A DNA stretch of 64,000 bases from Raillietiella orientalis (lineage: Eukaryota). Shown piece by piece: positions 60,435-64,000 of this stretch. The translations under genes and the position numbers were made by a program. The notes beneath the pieces were generated by a model, which was given only the letters and a program-made list of their open reading frames with translations, made no database searches and was not told the DNA's origin. Each line of letters opens with the position of its first letter. The first letter of the stretch is position 1. Location: assembly GCA_036172245.1 (NCBI GenBank), contig JAYWIR010000009.1, positions 620,001 to 684,000 on the forward strand, in the 5' to 3' direction.

Positions 60435-63400
60435 GTGATTTTTTTTCTTTTTTTTTTTTTTTACTGTTGTCTCCCCAACGTAACCGGGTGAAAACTCTGC
60501 GAAGGATAAACGCGAAGATGCCACCGGGTAGACAGGGCAGCAGCAGGAGCAGAAGACTGTCGGCAGAGGCCGACAAGGACGGCGCACACAAGGAGAAGGG
60601 GAGGGGTCTTCAGACCTGCCGCTCCAAAAATAGCGAAGACTCAGGCAAAAAACAAAAAATAAAAGGAGGATGGGGGAGAGGTTGCAACCAGCTCCATCTT
60701 TACTGTGGCAGGCGGCTTTGTCACCTTCGGTCGAACTCTGAAGTCTCCGATTCCCGCTCGCATCCCCACGTCTCCTCATGTGTGATCGGAAGATTATCCT
60801 AAAGGAGGCGCTGCGAAGCCTCTCAGCAATGTCTCCTCGCTTCGAGGTGAGCGTCCTCAGCTAGCTGACCGTGTGCCATCAGCTCTTCCTGTTCACCAGT
60901 GCTGAGGCCCACTCCTATTTTATTCGGTTGTTGTCCTCTCCCGAAAGCCAATAGGTTCCAGACGTGGAAGCCTCCTTTAGCGAGCGAGTCGCTACCTCCA
61001 TCGTCTTCCGACCGTTCCTGGTTGTCAAACTTGAGCTATCCTGCGAAGCAGATGCCTCATGAGTACCCACATCAGCTCTCCGCTTCCGTGAGGGGCCGAG
61101 GAGGCATCTTGGTAAGCGCAGGTCGGTCTGACCTTCTCCGTGGGCGGAGAGATGGTGAACCGAATTCTCCAGATGGCAGGATGCTCGCCCGGGCTGAGCA
61201 AACAAAAGCCGAGCGCCTTTCTTCTGCAAAGCTTTCCTGAGCGCGCTCATAGTGTTTGTTTTCTTCCGTAAAACCTCCGAGGCCGAGGCTGGTGCGAGGG
61301 CGGTCTGTGGCGCTCCCTGCTCGCGGGACTCGGTTCCAGCCGCATAGCGCCTCACCGACCACGCAAAAGTCCGCGTATTTCCATGAGCCCAAGCGCCTCG
61401 TGGGAAGACACCACGTGCTGCCTGCAGTCAAGTATCTTTGAGTTCCATTGGATGCCGGCTCCCCACGTCTCGTTGTCAGGAGGCACCCGGGAGGACTAAG
61501 AGCTGAGAGCACTTCCTCGCGAAAGAGATCCCTGGGTTCACGGTCATCAGATGTCTATTTTGGGAGTCTGGTCCGTGATCGTGCGCACGTCTTCGTAGCA
61601 AGTGGATGGGACCTTTCTGCGCCTCCGCGTTCCTCCAGCCAGTACGCAGAGGAAGCGCTGCAACGGAAAACCTGAGTCTTCACCGCACAGCAGCGACACG
61701 CTCGATTGCAGACGTCGTGCCCCGCGAATGCCCACTTGGGGTTGCATCCAGATGGGAAGCTGAACTTTTGCTGCTTCCCACCAGGAGTTCATCATCATAT
61801 GGTACAGCCGCTCTTCACCAGACCTCATGCTTTTCTCTCCATCTTCCTGGAGCGTTGCGCCTTGTAATTCGGGAATACGCAACCACCTTCGGAGTTCCAG
61901 TGCCTTCTTGCGGATGCTTCTTTCATTGGAAGTGACTCAACACAGTTTAATTGAAGATTCGACTGTGTCCTGAGTCCCCAGTTGTCTCTGCTCCCTGGGG
62001 GCTTTCGTCCGACGATCCGCCCTCCGCTTTTTCCTCCCCCGCTCGTTGCGAATGAGCCGAAAGCGACTTCACCCCTATTCCGAACCCCAAGAGCTTGGGA
62101 CGTGACCTTCTTAAGTATGATGGAGACCTAGAGATAACCATAAAGAGAGGAATTGACTGCTTGACAGAAACCCCCTCTGGTTCGCAGGGAGCCCTTGCCA
62201 GACGCTCACGAGGGCGTTCCAAGAGGTGGTGAGGACTGTCTCCCTGGAAACGGAACTCGGCTGCACGCTGAGGAGCACCAGTTCTCTTCCTCTTACGCCT
62301 TCGACTGTTCTTCGTGGAGTGCTCTAGGCCGGAGCTCGGCTGCTCGGACTCGTCAGCGGGTGACTCAGTGCTCCATCACCATCAGCGGACGGTGATGGCG
62401 CATCTCCACTGAGATTCGACTTCCTCCCTGAGCATGGAGAACCACGTCTTCGCCTCTTTTTCCTTGGAAAATGCAGGACTTGTGAAACGCCGGTCGTCTG
62501 GATGAGCAAGCGCCCGGTGGTCTCGATCCGACCCATCCAGCCAGCTGATTGGCTGAAAAGGAACTCTACGTTTTTCTCGAGAAAAAAGTGTATGGGAAGG
62601 GAATTCTGTGGCTCCAGACAGAGAACTACTTTAAAGAGGAACAGATGGGAAGCAGGGTTTTGTGGGATTATTTCAGTCTCCTCCTCCCTTCCTCCTCTTG
62701 TTCCTGAGAAGCCATGTGTGATTTCTCGACCTTCCTACATCCTACCAAAAAAGTTCAGAGAATTTCATCGTAGGGCTAACTTAAGCCCAATTGCAATTAG
62801 ACTGAGTATGCATAATTCATACTTGTAAAATTCCAGTTTAACCACTATTCATGTCAGTGTTTTGTGAATCCAAAGACCTACAAAATGTTTGTAGTTTGCA
62901 TAATACCCACATACGTTTCCGAGTACTCTAAGGTGGACAGTTTCATTTGCTCTCCTTCTAAAATTAAAGGAATGGAAGCAGAATGTTTTAAGTTTCATTT
63001 GAAGCAAATTTCTGAAGTTCCGCGAACTGCTTAAGTGTTGGAATTCATTGGTAATTTTGGAAAGTTTCTCTTTGGAAAACACAAAAGAAGCTTTGCTTAT
63101 GGGGTCATCGCAGAAGTCCACCGCTAACTTCGAATCGCTAAACAAATATTGAAAAACAAGTTTTCCCCGTCTAAGAAACACATGAGCAAAAAGAAGATTC
63201 GATTCGCGGAGTGTCTTCCCGGAGCGTTGCGTGCGGCGCCCCAATAGCACACAATCATGTTCAGAATTTTATGGCTTTCTCGCGAAAGTGTGGCGTCCCT
63301 CACCTCCACAAAGTGCGCTCGCAGCGGCGAGGTTGATCCACGCTCCGGTTCGTGGAACGTGGAATGGTCTTGCGGTCCTCCGAGTCCTATTTCCGGCCGC

Positions 63401-64000
63401 CGCGTGCCCATCCACGCTTGTCTTTTTCACGCATTCGAGATGAGACCGCATGCTGCCTCCTGGATCTCGTCCTTTGGAAACGGTGGTCCTCGCAGCTCCG
63501 GGTGCCTGCGCCTCATGACTTGCTTTCCCTTCGTGCGTCTCTTGGCAGCGGTCTCGAGTGCATGGAACGCATCGACCTGAATCCTTGAATGTGCGGGCAG
63601 ATCGTACCGCGACTGGAGAGTGCCGACCGCCTCGCAACCGCATGGGGGCGGCCGTGCTTCCCTGCCAGCGAAGAGCAGGTTTCGAGTCAGTCCTCGGGCG
63701 GTTTGCTCAACGGCCCGAGGCTTCACAAATGGGATCATTCCGAAAATTCCCCAAGAGGTGGAATTGCCTGAAAAGGCGCCTGAAACACCGGGCATGTCCA
63801 CGACGGGCAACTGTACTCAGCGAGCACAGAAGAAGAAAAAAAACGCGTATGGCAAACCTGCAATCAATGAGCAAAATCTCACCTCACCCATTTTGGATCA
63901 CCAGGAATTACTGCCGGCGCCGCGCACTGTGAACCCGCAAAAAGGGAGTGCGCGCCCTTCCCGGTCCCCCTTGAATTATTGGCAACTTGCGTATTTGATG

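Noticed and set aside
1..64000. CRISPR arrays, operons, rRNA or tRNA genes
   Set aside because: No regularly spaced repeat-spacer array or recognisable RNA gene seen; the sequence is eukaryotic.

Overview
Eukaryotic, almost certainly invertebrate animal, genomic DNA: spliced genes with many 37-60 nt introns and a nad4 NUMT readable in the invertebrate mitochondrial code. Four host genes could be assembled by hand, all on the + strand: TTC30/IFT70 (12 exons, 647 aa, one GC-AG intron), a two-exon HxxxD CoA-dependent acyltransferase/condensation-domain protein (471 aa), the splicing factor YJU2/CCDC94 (7 exons, 291 aa), and an A1 pepsin-like protein with both catalytic motifs degenerate (5' end uncertain). 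Most intergenic DNA is decayed Tx1/L1-like non-LTR retrotransposon pieces, plus a mariner remnant and a restriction-like endonuclease (REL; R2/NeSL-type) retroelement 3' end. The most striking element is an apparently near-complete endogenised circular ssDNA (CRESS) virus genome at about 26.2-28.15 kb. It is linearised inside its capsid gene and retains a decayed Rep, both halves of Cap and a stem-loop origin with AAGTATTAC. Also present are a possible negative-strand RNA virus L-gene fossil (about 6.4-7.1 kb) and a near-identical 1.28 kb inverted repeat pair bracketing the pseudo-protease gene. All homology calls rest on motif recognition by eye; no searches were run.
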